Below are positions 16,667 through 25,621 of a stretch of DNA of 30,774 bases, piece by piece. How positions within the stretch are numbered: the stretch's first letter is position 1; each line of letters starts with the position of its first letter. The translations under genes were made by a program, and so were the position numbers. Source of the DNA: a virus (lineage: Duplodnaviria > Heunggongvirae > Uroviricota > Caudoviricetes); the IMG/VR virus record IMGVR_UViG_2609459790_000004; one strand, 5' to 3'. The notes under the pieces were generated by a model that was not told where the DNA came from, ran no database searches, and saw nothing but the letters and a program-made list of their open reading frames with translations.

Positions 16667-17025
16667 GTACAGTCCGTTACAGCGGCATGAATGCCAGTTC
16701 AGGCCATGCCATCACCGACAACGAGCATATAGCGCAGTCTATCGGCGATATTCTGTTAACGCCGATCGGTTCCCGTGTAATGCGCCGCGCTTACGGTTCG
16801 CAGCTTTTCAACCTGATAGATCAGCCGGTCGATAACGCCATAACGAAGCTGCGCGTTATGTCTGCCATCTACAGCGCCCTGTATTTATGGGAACCGCGGA
16901 TCTCTCTGACCAGTATCACCCTGAGCGCGCCGGGTGCCGGTCGGCTGGTTGCCACTATCCAGGCCAATCGCACCGACAATCAGACGCCATTTAACGCTGA
17001 TATTACATTGAGGGGCCAGGCATGA
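16663..17025 (+). CDS. W: baseplate wedge protein (P2 gpW-like)
   Basis: 120-aa ORF, translationally coupled to V and J. Confidence 0.85.
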   Translation: MSTVRYSGMNASSGHAITDNEHIAQSIGDILLTPIGSRVMRRAYGSQLFNLIDQPVDNAITKLRVMSAIYSALYLWEPRISLTSITLSAPGAGRLVATIQANRTDNQTPFNADITLRGQA

Positions 17026-17933
17026 GCGGCACGATCGATTTATCGCAGCTACCGCCGCCCGTGGTGGTTGAACCGCTGGACTTCGAAACGCTTTTCGCGC
17101 AGCGCAAGGCGGCATTTATTGCGATGTACCCGGAAGACGAGCAGGAAGAGATCGCCCGCACGCTTGAGCTTGAATCGGAGCCGATCACCATGCTGCTGGA
17201 AGAGAATTGCTATCGCGAATTGCTGTTGCGCCAGCGGGTGAATGAAGCAGCCCGCGCGGTGATGCTGGCTTATTCCACGGATAGCGATCTGGATAATCTG
17301 GCGGTCAATTTCAACGTTGAACGTCTGACCATTCAGGAAGAAGACGACAGCGTTACACCGCCAATTGAAGCCGTGATGGAGTCAGACCCAGATTTACGCA
17401 CGCGTACCCAGCAGGCTTTTGAAGGTCTGAGCGTGGCCGGGCCAACTGCGGCGTATGAATTTTGGGGGCGTTCAGCAGACGGGCGCGTAGCTGATATTTC
17501 GGCGGTGAGTCCTACGCCTGCCTGCGTCACCATTTCGGTGCTGTCGCGCGAAGGTGACGGAACGGCCAGCGATGATCTGCTTTCCGTGGTCGCTGCTGCC
17601 CTGAACGATGAAGAAGTGCGCCCGGTGGCCGACAGGGTAACGGTGCAGTCTGCGGAGATCGTGCCGTATCAGATTGATGCAACGCTTTACATCTATCCGG
17701 GGCCGGAAGCTGAACCCGTCCGGCAGGCATCGGAACAGCAGTTACAGGCGTATATTGCCGCGCAGAATCGCTTAGGGCGCGATATCCGTCTTTCAGCTAT
17801 CTACGCCGCCCTGCACGTCGAAGGCGTCCAGCGCGTGGAACTGGCGCAGCCTGTTGCGGATATTGTGCTGAGTGACTACCAGGCATCGCACTGCACCGAA
17901 TACACCATAACGGTGGGTGGTTACGATGAGTAA
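17022..17933 (+). CDS. J: baseplate protein J (P2 gpJ-like)
   Basis: 303-aa ORF; order and size as P2 J. Confidence 0.9.
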   Translation: MSGTIDLSQLPPPVVVEPLDFETLFAQRKAAFIAMYPEDEQEEIARTLELESEPITMLLEENCYRELLLRQRVNEAARAVMLAYSTDSDLDNLAVNFNVERLTIQEEDDSVTPPIEAVMESDPDLRTRTQQAFEGLSVAGPTAAYEFWGRSADGRVADISAVSPTPACVTISVLSREGDGTASDDLLSVVAAALNDEEVRPVADRVTVQSAEIVPYQIDATLYIYPGPEAEPVRQASEQQLQAYIAAQNRLGRDIRLSAIYAALHVEGVQRVELAQPVADIVLSDYQASHCTEYTITVGGYDE

Positions 17934-18540
17934 TGACCTGTTACCACCCAGCGCCAGCCGAATGGAGCGCGTCGCCGCGCGCGTCTGTGCGTCGTTGGGT
18001 GAAGTGCCCGTGCCGCTGCGCCAGTTGTGGAACCCGTGGACGTGTCGGGCTGATCTGTTGCCCTATCTGGCGTGGGCCTTCTCCGTTGATCGCTGGGATG
18101 AGGCCTGGCCGATAAACACAAAACGAAAGGCGGTGGCCGATGCGTTTTACCTGCATAAGTACAAGGGTACAACGGGCGCCATGCGCCGGGTTGTGGAGCC
18201 GTTCGGCTTCTTCATCCGGGTTAACGAGTGGTGGAACATCGACACCGCACCGGGCACCTTCACGCTGGATATTGGCGTGGAAGACCAGGGCATTAGTGAA
18301 GAAACCTATCAGGAACTTGAACGCCTGATCGCCGATGTGAAGCCGTGCAGCCGTCATATGCTGGGAATGTCTCTTCACCTGCAAACAACCGGCGATCTGT
18401 ATATCGGCGCGGGCAGTTATTCCGGCGATACGCTAACCGTGTACCCGTATTTTCCTGAAACCATAGCCGTGGGCGGTGATGATTACACCGGGGCGGCAAT
18501 CCATTTAATTGACACCGTGGAGATCGCAAGTGGCGACTAA
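17926..18540 (+). CDS. I: baseplate protein I (P2 gpI-like)
   Basis: ATG 17926 (GGTGG RBS) overlapping J stop; track start 17917 is GTG. Confidence 0.85.
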   Translation: MSNDLLPPSASRMERVAARVCASLGEVPVPLRQLWNPWTCRADLLPYLAWAFSVDRWDEAWPINTKRKAVADAFYLHKYKGTTGAMRRVVEPFGFFIRVNEWWNIDTAPGTFTLDIGVEDQGISEETYQELERLIADVKPCSRHMLGMSLHLQTTGDLYIGAGSYSGDTLTVYPYFPETIAVGGDDYTGAAIHLIDTVEIASGD

Positions 18541-20023
18541 ATATTATGCCGTGCTAACCAATGTGGGCGCGGCGAAACTGGCAAATGCCACGGCATTGGG
18601 TGCGCAGGTTGAAATCACCCAGATGGCTGTAGGCGATGGTAACGGCGTGTTGCCGACGCCGAACCCGGCACAAACGGCGCTGGTTCATGAGCTGCGCCGC
18701 AAGCCGCTTAATAGTCTGAGCATTGACCCGAATAACGCCAACCAGATTATTGCCGAGCAGGTGATACCTGAAGACGAGGGCGGGTGGTGGATCCGTGAAA
18801 TCGGTTTATTCGATAAAGACGGCGATATGATTGCCGTAGCCAACTGTGCGGAAACGTATAAGCCGCAGTTACAGGAGGGAAGCGGGCGCGTACAGGTTGT
18901 ACGCATGATCCTGATTGTCAGCAGCACCGCTGCCGTAACGCTGAAAATTGACCCTTCGGTAGTTCTGGCAACCCGACAGTATGTTGATGATCAGATCATC
19001 CAGGTGAAAAGCTATGTTGATCAGAAAATGGCAGCGCATGTAGCTGCGGCTGATCCGCATAAACAATACGCACCAAAAGAAAGTCCCGCTCTTACTGGCA
19101 GGCCGACTGCGCCAACGGCGGAAGGCAAAGATAGTTCTACTCAAATTGCAAATACAGCTTTCGTTCAGGCTGCTATTGCTGCTTTGGTTGGCTCTTCGCC
19201 TGAAGCGCTGGATACGCTGAATGAACTTGCTGCGGCTTTGGGTAATGATCCTAACTTTGCTACCACCGTAACAAATTCACTCGCTGGAAAGATGGATAAA
19301 TCGGCAAATGGTTCAGACATAGAAAACGTTTCTGTTTTTCTACAAAACCTTGGTTTGGGAGATGCGAGCGGATACGTTGGTAGGCTGCTAAAAATACAGG
19401 TATTCACTGCCAGCGGGACAGTGACAAAAACGCCAGGCGCAAAAAAATGGCGAATTAAATGTCTCGGGGCGGGGGCCGGTAGTTCAGCTGCACCGGCAAC
19501 GGGTAGTAACGAGGTTTCCGTGAGTAACGGGGGCGGCGCAGGGGCATATGCTGAGGGCATTTATGACGTATCGTCAATAACAACGGCGTCAGTCGTCATC
19601 GGTTCCGGCGGTGCAGGAGGAACGGCGGGTTCAATATACGGCGCGGACGGCGGAACTAGCTCAGTTGGTTCGTTTATTTCATCGCCCGGTGGGAAAGCTG
19701 GATTACCCGCCGGACCGGCAACCCCACCATTTCAGCCCGTGGCCAATAGTAACAGCGATAGCTCGACTGGGTGGAATATTGTCGGCTCATCTGGAGCAGG
19801 GGCAGAACCAGCCGTAGCTGTTGCAAATAGCTATGCCGTTGGCTCGCGTGGTTCAAATAGTATATTTGGGGTAGGCGGAGCAACTCCTGCAATGAATAGC
19901 CCGGCAAATACCGGTGGTGGCTATGGTTCTGGAGCATCAGGCTGCTCGAATGGCCCATCTCAACCAACTAAATCAGGCGCAGCGGGACGCCCGGGAATCG
20001 TAATCATTGAGGAGCTGGCATAA
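18530..20023 (+). CDS. H: tail fibre protein (P2 gpH-like) with constant N-terminal part and invertible, glycine-rich variable C-terminal part (current orientation)
   Basis: N-terminus ..YYAVLTNVGAAKLANATALG..MAVGDGNG resembles P2 H; preferred start GTG 18530 (GGAG RBS 7 nt upstream), track start TTG 18509; the C-terminal ~220 aa lie inside the invertible segment. Confidence 0.85.
   Translation: MATKYYAVLTNVGAAKLANATALGAQVEITQMAVGDGNGVLPTPNPAQTALVHELRRKPLNSLSIDPNNANQIIAEQVIPEDEGGWWIREIGLFDKDGDMIAVANCAETYKPQLQEGSGRVQVVRMILIVSSTAAVTLKIDPSVVLATRQYVDDQIIQVKSYVDQKMAAHVAAADPHKQYAPKESPALTGRPTAPTAEGKDSSTQIANTAFVQAAIAALVGSSPEALDTLNELAAALGNDPNFATTVTNSLAGKMDKSANGSDIENVSVFLQNLGLGDASGYVGRLLKIQVFTASGTVTKTPGAKKWRIKCLGAGAGSSAAPATGSNEVSVSNGGGAGAYAEGIYDVSSITTASVVIGSGGAGGTAGSIYGADGGTSSVGSFISSPGGKAGLPAGPATPPFQPVANSNSDSSTGWNIVGSSGAGAEPAVAVANSYAVGSRGSNSIFGVGGATPAMNSPANTGGGYGSGASGCSNGPSQPTKSGAAGRPGIVIIEELA
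19338..19363. promoter_or_regulatory. hix/gix/cix-like 26-bp recombination site (left), inside gene H
   Basis: TTCTACAAAACC TT GGTTTGGGAGAT; 20-bp inverted repeat with the right site (19/20 identical); resembles the hixL consensus recalled from memory. Confidence 0.6.
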
Positions 20024-20220
20024 TGAGTAATTATGCGATAGTTAAAAATGGCGTCGTTGAAAATGTTGTTGTATGGGACGGGATTGGTAATATTTTCGAC
20101 AATTATATAGTGGTAAATATTGAAAATATAAATGCAGGAATAGGCTGGTTGTATGACGGAGAGGCTTTTACCCCTCCGTCTGAGCTTACGCCTACACCAC
20201 CGGGAAATCAGGCCAGTTAA
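20023..20220 (+). CDS. small hypothetical protein (65 aa) downstream of H in the expressed orientation; possible tail-fibre chaperone
   Basis: ATG overlapping H stop (TAATG); AT-rich; function inferred only from position. Confidence 0.45.
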   Translation: MSNYAIVKNGVVENVVVWDGIGNIFDNYIVVNIENINAGIGWLYDGEAFTPPSELTPTPPGNQAS

Positions 20221-20599
20221 TATCTGGCGCAGTGCTGGTATCAATTACCTGCACTGCGTCGATATAGTCCAGCACTGCGTTTAACCGCGTAGTTTCTGCA
20301 TCAGTCAGCATACGCCCTGCCAGCAATTTCATTTGCAGCACACTAATTGACTGCATTGCTGAATCTATCAGCGACTGTTTTTTCTGCTCGCCTCTCGCAA
20401 CTTCTTCTTCACGCGTCAAACCGATGGGCTCTTGCAATACCGGGTGACCATCATTTCCAGCGGAAATTATTTTTCCATTGGCCTGACCGTCAAACAGCCG
20501 GTGATATTCATCTGAGCTAATTTCTATAGCGTTATCTGGAATGTGGTTATTTAATCCGTCAATATAAAATGCACCATCTAAAAAATAATATTTCATCAT
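20192..20599 (-). CDS. tail fibre assembly protein (Tfa/gpG/Mu U-like), alternative-orientation copy
   Basis: N-terminus MMKYYFLDGAFY and C-terminus ..DAVQVIDTSTAPDINWPDFPVV match the conserved tail-fibre-assembly family ends; ATG overlaps the stop of the alternative fibre segment. Confidence 0.8.
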   Translation of the reverse strand: MMKYYFLDGAFYIDGLNNHIPDNAIEISSDEYHRLFDGQANGKIISAGNDGHPVLQEPIGLTREEEVARGEQKKQSLIDSAMQSISVLQMKLLAGRMLTDAETTRLNAVLDYIDAVQVIDTSTAPDINWPDFPVV

Positions 20600-20982
20600 T
20601 TACCCCACGCGAATACGATGCATCCTGCATTTTCTACTGCTGAAATTTGTGATCCGTTATCTACCCTGCATATTGCCTGAACGCCTGTTTTAGTGAGCGT
20701 ACTCAGTTGTATTGCCCATGTATTGGAAATTCCTGCACCCCAGGCATACGGATTACGCTCTATCACAACAGCGCCCAGGCCGAAAACATCAAAACTGGCA
20801 GGAAAAACAACGTCCGCAGCACCGCCAGAATTTGTATTCCCCAGTACCCACATGATTTTAAAACCCCCAGGGAATCGCGCCACACCGGGCATGTTTAGTG
20901 TTGATGCAAAACTGGACATATCAGGAATCTGATTTGCGCCGGTGCCGACGTTGCGGCGCGACGCTGTACCCAGATCTCCCAA
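20596..20982 (-). CDS. alternative tail-fibre C-terminal segment (silent in this orientation; fuses to H constant part after inversion)
   Basis: No ATG of its own (track start is TTG within the right hix site); after inversion at the 2-bp cores the H frame reads ..QNLGLGD-LGTASRRNVG.. continuously into this ORF. Confidence 0.7.
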   Translation of the reverse strand: MGDLGTASRRNVGTGANQIPDMSSFASTLNMPGVARFPGGFKIMWVLGNTNSGGAADVVFPASFDVFGLGAVVIERNPYAWGAGISNTWAIQLSTLTKTGVQAICRVDNGSQISAVENAGCIVFAWGK

Positions 20983-20999
20983 ACCAACGTTTTTGAAAA
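20974..20999. promoter_or_regulatory. hix/gix/cix-like 26-bp recombination site (right)
   Basis: ATCTCCCAAACC AA CGTTTTTGAAAA; inverted repeat of the left site; strong match to the hix consensus as recalled. Confidence 0.6.
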
Positions 21000-21053
21000 T
21001 GCATAATTATCAGTCAAATGGCATGATTTCTCATTTTAACGGAATGAAAAACC

Positions 21054-21635
21054 ATGCTTATTGGATATGTACGCGTATCAACAAATGACCAGAACACGGC
21101 TTTGCAACGTGATGCGCTGGAGCGGTCAGGATGTGAGCTTATTTTTGAAGATAAAATGAGCGGTAAAACAGCAGAAAGACCGGGGCTTAAAAAATTACTA
21201 AAGCGCCTTTCTCCAGAAGATACGCTTGTTGTCTGGAAGCTGGATCGTCTTGGGCGGAGTATGCGGAACTTGGTCATTCTGGTGGAGGAACTAAAGCAAC
21301 GTTCCGTGAACTTCCGCAGCCTGACTGACAGTATTGATACCTCAACACCAATGGGGCGTTTCTTTTTTCATGTTATGGGAGCACTGGCAGAGATGGAGAG
21401 AGAATTGATTGTCGAGCGTACGCGTGCAGGACTGGTGGCCGCTCGCGCGCAGGGAAGGATCGGCGGTAGACGTCCAAAACTAACACCAGAACAATGGGCG
21501 CAGGCGGGTAGGTTAATAGCGGCAGGGGAATCGCGCCGGAGGGTTGCCATAATTTATGATGTTGGGATATCTACGCTTTACAAAAAATTCCCAGCGACCA
21601 GAGATAAGAATTCCGGCACGCATGGCCGGTTATAA
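21054..21635 (+). CDS. serine recombinase, Hin/Gin/Cin/Pin-family DNA invertase
   Basis: 193-aa ORF; GYVRVSTNDQ (catalytic Ser region), TLVVWKLDRLGRS, MGRFFFHVMGALAEMERELIVERT and C-terminal HTH are near-identical in pattern to Hin/Gin. Confidence 0.95.
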   Translation: MLIGYVRVSTNDQNTALQRDALERSGCELIFEDKMSGKTAERPGLKKLLKRLSPEDTLVVWKLDRLGRSMRNLVILVEELKQRSVNFRSLTDSIDTSTPMGRFFFHVMGALAEMERELIVERTRAGLVAARAQGRIGGRRPKLTPEQWAQAGRLIAAGESRRRVAIIYDVGISTLYKKFPATRDKNSGTHGRL

Positions 21636-21679
21636 CCGTGCTGGCCGTGTGTATCGAGTACGGTCACTTTTAACGGTGC
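21634..21679 (+). repeat. 46-bp terminator-like hairpin element, copy 2 (paralog of 14183-14228)
   Basis: Overlaps invertase stop codon; stem 21642-21650 / 21658-21666 followed by T4; three stem differences from copy 1 all preserve pairing. Confidence 0.5.
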
Positions 21680-21741
21680 TGTAGCACGGTCAGTTATGGT
21701 GGTGTATTACGGAAGACGAAGCAGGCAATGGCCCGCTTTTC

Positions 21742-22191
21742 TTATATCGAAAGGTTGGTTTTCACCAGAGAGAAGAGATCGTCGGTGGTGGTTTCAGCCA
21801 GCTTTTCCCGTATGTCCTCGCTTACCCGTTTCAGGTTGAGCGTGAAATCAATTTTCTTTGCCTTCCCGTCCTTAAAAAACTCCGTCCGGTTTTGCGTGAT
21901 CTGCTCAATTACATACATGCCGTAGATCCTGCCCGTGCCTTCTATCAGGGGCCACGGGCGCCCGGAAAAAGCCATAGTTTCCAGCATGACAAGCGACACA
22001 TCACCGCCGCTTATTTCGGGGTACAGCGTGCCGCTGAGTACGAACGGTTCTTCATCTGCGCCGATGAACTGATAGCGCGGGGATTTCCCCACGCGATCGT
22101 TTTTGACGTGCCGCCAGGAGTTGGTTTTATTCGCACTCTGGTAAGGTGTGGTTTGCAGTGAAAAGGGGAACATCCCCAGAATCATCATCAT
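21742..22191 (-). CDS. U: tail protein U (P2 gpU-like)
   Basis: 149-aa ORF immediately downstream of the tape-measure gene on the minus strand; position and size as P2 U. Confidence 0.8.
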   Translation of the reverse strand: MMMILGMFPFSLQTTPYQSANKTNSWRHVKNDRVGKSPRYQFIGADEEPFVLSGTLYPEISGGDVSLVMLETMAFSGRPWPLIEGTGRIYGMYVIEQITQNRTEFFKDGKAKKIDFTLNLKRVSEDIREKLAETTTDDLFSLVKTNLSI

Positions 22192-22200
22192 GATATTGCC

Positions 22201-25146
22201 TTAGACGTGATCGGTCAGTTGGGAGCGCTTGCGCCGGTCGGCCTGTTGCTTCGCTAACGCAAGTTCTTCGCGCACGCGCCTGATAATGGTTTCTTCATCC
22301 AGTTTCTGGCCGCTAAAGTCGAAGTTAAGGTTATATACATCGCCACCCGGAGCAGGCATCAGCGCAGCGACGGAAGCCGCAGACGGAGACGCAGAAACAG
22401 GCATCCGTGCGGCGGGCTTCTCAACCTGCCAAGGCGTAACGGAAGCGATCAGCGATCCGGCCTGCTGCGTCACCCAATCGGTAAGGGATGGTAGCTGGCG
22501 CTGCGCCTGCTTAAGCGGTTCCGAATATCCGCCACGGATCGGGATATAGGGCTGCTTATTCTTGAAGACAATTTCGCCGGGGCCGTCTTTCTTCTCCGTG
22601 GTATTGGTGGCGATCTTGTCCAGGCTGTTGCTCATCTTCGGCACGATGTTGGCCGGGCCTTTGAGCGAGTTAATTAAGCTTTCCTGCTTTTTCTGCTGGT
22701 CAATGGCCTGCTGTTGCTTCTGGTTGGTTTTCTTCTGCTGATCGTCTTTCGGCGACCAGTTCCAACCCTTTTTAACCATTTTCTTTTGCTGCGGATCCCA
22801 CTCCCAGACAACAGGGTCTTTGTGCATACTTTCCGCAGCTTGCTGCGCTGCTTTTGTTGCGTCGGGGATGGCGCCGAGTTTCTCAAGTATCCATCCAATC
22901 CCGTTAGCGACGGCTTGAATAGGTAGCGTCAGCGCGCTGATTGCGGCCCCTACAACCTTGCCGAACGTTTCCCCGGCACTGGTGCAGGATGCCAGCGCTT
23001 CACTGGAAAACTGGATCGGTTCCAGCAGTTTGGTAAACCATTCCCAGACCCCACTGATCGCGTTGCCGATACTGTCAAAAATCGGGGCCAGTGGTGCAAA
23101 TACGGCGTTAAATGCCTGCGTGATTGGTTGAAGGCCAGTCATCAGGCCGGTAAAGAAGCCGCTGAAAAACGCCTGTATGGGTTGCCAGAATTTAATGACG
23201 GCCACTGCTGCCGCAGCAAAGAGCGCAATCAGCCCCCAGACGGGCGCAGAAATACCAGCCAGTAGAGTAATAAGCGGGCCGAATACCATGCGACCGGCGC
23301 TTAATAATGCCTGCATAGGCGAGCCAGCAAGCCACTGGAACGCACCACCCAGGCGCATTACTCCGCCAGTCAGCCGCGCTATTCCTCCTTCCCCGGCCAG
23401 CGTGGTGAAGCTGAGGCGAACAAGTGCCATCGGGCCCAGCACTGCGCCGATGGACAGCATCAGGCCACCCACGACAACCAGCAACGCGCCTATGGCTGCG
23501 GTGACTTTCATGATTGAACCAACCAGCGCCGGGTTTGCCTCAACCCAACGCCGGACGCTGCCAACCACCTTACTGACGGTAAGCATGATATCCATCAGCG
23601 GTTCGCGGAGCGTTTCCCCTGCTGAACTGAATGCGTTAACCGCGCCGGTTTTGGTCAGTTGCCACTGAGCAGAAAGGGAGTCTTTATTGATATCGGATTC
23701 CCGATTCATGGAACCTTTAGCGGCAGCACCCTGCGTCAGTTCGATCTGGCGCCGAAGTTCGGGCAGGTTGTTCGCAAGTTTCTGTGCATCATCCCCGAAC
23801 TCTTTACCGAAAATCTGGGTAAGGTTGGCTACCTGCTTATCTGGTGCAAGTTTTTTGGACGCTTCCAGCACTGAAATGATCGTGCCCATCGCGTCCACTG
23901 ACATGCTTTTCTGGACTTTCTCAGCATTGACGCCGATCTCATCCAGAGCACCCAAAAATTTATCGCTTTGTACTGTGGCGATCGACAGTTCACGCACCAT
24001 TGCATTGGTGGCGCTGGCTGCAACTTCGGCAGGTGATCCAAGCGTCAGAAAGGTGGAGCCCAGCGCGGCGGCTTGCTTGTAATCCAGTTGGCTGGCAAGC
24101 CCGCCAACGCGCTGGAGCACGTCGATAATATCGGAGCCTTTCGACTTCGCGTTATCGTCCAGGTAGTTTATGGCGTCGCCCAACTGTTCAATATTCTGGG
24201 TAGGGATTTTATACAGCCCGGCAATCTTACCGAGACTTTCAGAAAGCTGATCGGCGGGCAGTTCAAAGGCTACCGAAGCCTTTGCCGCCATGCTGGCAAA
24301 AGCCAGCAGATCGGCTTTTTGCTTTTGCCACGGATCATTGCTGTTTGCGACGCCCATACGCGCGCCACCTTCGACCAGTGCGGCATAGTCAACAGCACCG
24401 TTTGCCATTGGCAGCTTTTCGCTGGCATCCATGATCGCCCGCTGCATTTCTTCATATTGCGGGGTGCGGTTGCCGCTGTCGTCACGCAAGCCGTTTACCT
24501 GTTTGGCTACGCCCTTCATTGCGTCTTCAAGGCTGCTGTAGGATTTAACCGCAGCGGCGACAGGTGCTAGGGTTGCCGCCCCTACTGCGGCGGTTTTCAT
24601 CCCCCCGCTCATCATCTTTTCGCCGGTTTCTTTGGCGCGGCTGTAACGGGCCTGCGCCTGGTTAACAGCGTCAAGCCGTCGCTGCTGTTCGGCAAGCTGG
24701 CGGTTGTATTGCGCGGTGCGCTGGTTGATCTGTTCCGTCGCCCGGCTGGCGCTGCTGATCGCAATGCCTTCGCTGTAGAAGCTGGCCCGCAACTGGTTAA
24801 GCTGTGTCTGCTCGCCTTTCTGCTGCTGGGTTAACTGGCGAATGGCTGCACGTTGCTGATTGAGGGCGGCAACCTGTTCGGCGCTGCGCTGGCGTAACGG
24901 GCCATAGGCCGCCGCCATTTGCCGGGCCTGTTCTTTCGCCTGGGCCAGTTGTTCGGTGGTTTTTTTATTGGCTGCGGTGAGGCGGTCAAAGCTGGTTGCC
25001 TGACGCTCAAGCCCTTTAATGCTGGTTTTAGTCTGGTTGATTTGAGACGCCAACGCGGCGGCACTCTGGCGCGCCGCGTTGACAGGGCGGGACATATTAT
25101 TCAGGGCGCTGAATGCCACCCTGATATTTAAATTGCGGTCTGCCAT
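22201..25146 (-). CDS. T: tail tape measure protein (P2 gpT-like)
   Basis: 981-aa ORF with long Ala/Gln-rich coiled-coil and hydrophobic segments typical of tape-measure proteins. Confidence 0.9.
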   Translation of the reverse strand: MADRNLNIRVAFSALNNMSRPVNAARQSAAALASQINQTKTSIKGLERQATSFDRLTAANKKTTEQLAQAKEQARQMAAAYGPLRQRSAEQVAALNQQRAAIRQLTQQQKGEQTQLNQLRASFYSEGIAISSASRATEQINQRTAQYNRQLAEQQRRLDAVNQAQARYSRAKETGEKMMSGGMKTAAVGAATLAPVAAAVKSYSSLEDAMKGVAKQVNGLRDDSGNRTPQYEEMQRAIMDASEKLPMANGAVDYAALVEGGARMGVANSNDPWQKQKADLLAFASMAAKASVAFELPADQLSESLGKIAGLYKIPTQNIEQLGDAINYLDDNAKSKGSDIIDVLQRVGGLASQLDYKQAAALGSTFLTLGSPAEVAASATNAMVRELSIATVQSDKFLGALDEIGVNAEKVQKSMSVDAMGTIISVLEASKKLAPDKQVANLTQIFGKEFGDDAQKLANNLPELRRQIELTQGAAAKGSMNRESDINKDSLSAQWQLTKTGAVNAFSSAGETLREPLMDIMLTVSKVVGSVRRWVEANPALVGSIMKVTAAIGALLVVVGGLMLSIGAVLGPMALVRLSFTTLAGEGGIARLTGGVMRLGGAFQWLAGSPMQALLSAGRMVFGPLITLLAGISAPVWGLIALFAAAAVAVIKFWQPIQAFFSGFFTGLMTGLQPITQAFNAVFAPLAPIFDSIGNAISGVWEWFTKLLEPIQFSSEALASCTSAGETFGKVVGAAISALTLPIQAVANGIGWILEKLGAIPDATKAAQQAAESMHKDPVVWEWDPQQKKMVKKGWNWSPKDDQQKKTNQKQQQAIDQQKKQESLINSLKGPANIVPKMSNSLDKIATNTTEKKDGPGEIVFKNKQPYIPIRGGYSEPLKQAQRQLPSLTDWVTQQAGSLIASVTPWQVEKPAARMPVSASPSAASVAALMPAPGGDVYNLNFDFSGQKLDEETIIRRVREELALAKQQADRRKRSQLTDHV

Positions 25147-25607
25147 TTAGTGATCTCCACCACTGCGCGCAGCCGCCTGATCACGCCATAACAGTATTTC
25201 CTGTACCGTCATGGCGTCCATCTCTACCGGCCGCCAGTGGAATATGACGGCGATATCTGCCATCAGGTCTTCTATGCGTTCGCAGGGGCATCGGATGATT
25301 CGTTGCCCGTATCCGTCGCGGTCAGATCCGAAGAGGGTTGCAAAAAATCAACCACCGCGTTGGCTAGCTGGCAAAAATCCCAGGTATCCATACGGGCAAT
25401 CTCATCGGCGGTTAGTGCCGGAGCGGTAACGCGGGGCAGCAGAATAACCAGCGCGTCATAGTTGGAAGTCAGCACGTCATAGGCTTTTAAGCCGCGCAGT
25501 GATCCAGCCTGTTTAAGCACGGAAGTGATCGCCACTTCGGTGATTTTGGTCTTACCGCGCGTAATAGGGGCGGTAAGAATAACGGTGTTTTCTTTGGTCT
25601 TGCTCAT
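25147..25607 (-). CDS. E+E' -1 programmed-frameshift product (tail assembly chaperone long form)
   Basis: Slippery site T TTT TTG at 25347..25341 (minus strand); hand translation of the -1 frame gives a 64-codon open extension ending at TAA 25149-25147 that overlaps the T start codon, as in P2 E/E'. Confidence 0.6.
25272..25607 (-). CDS. E: tail assembly chaperone E (P2 gpE-like)
   Basis: 111-aa ORF between FII and T; contains slippery heptamer TTTTTTG near its 3' end. Confidence 0.75.
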   Translation of the reverse strand: MSKTKENTVILTAPITRGKTKITEVAITSVLKQAGSLRGLKAYDVLTSNYDALVILLPRVTAPALTADEIARMDTWDFCQLANAVVDFLQPSSDLTATDTGNESSDAPANA

Positions 25608-25621
25608 GGTGCCGGGTTTCC

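Larger units (their letters stand above)
19350..20987. other. invertible tail-fibre (host-range) segment bounded by the two hix-like sites
   Basis: Inverted repeats at both ends; segment carries two alternative tail-fibre C-termini and two alternative chaperone genes in opposite orientations; Hin-family invertase gene lies immediately outside. Confidence 0.6.

Noticed and set aside
21745-21768. hix-like sequence TATCGAAAGG TT GGTTTTCACCAG at the 3' end of gene U, considered as a site that could explain inversion of the FI-U block
   Set aside because: Left half-site ends in AAGG rather than AACC and matches poorly; no partner site was found at the other block boundary (27344-27500).
22229-24570. 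Plus-strand ORFs (70-165 aa) across the tape-measure region
   Set aside because: Antisense to the 981-aa T gene; low-complexity translations typical of reverse frames of a GC-rich gene.
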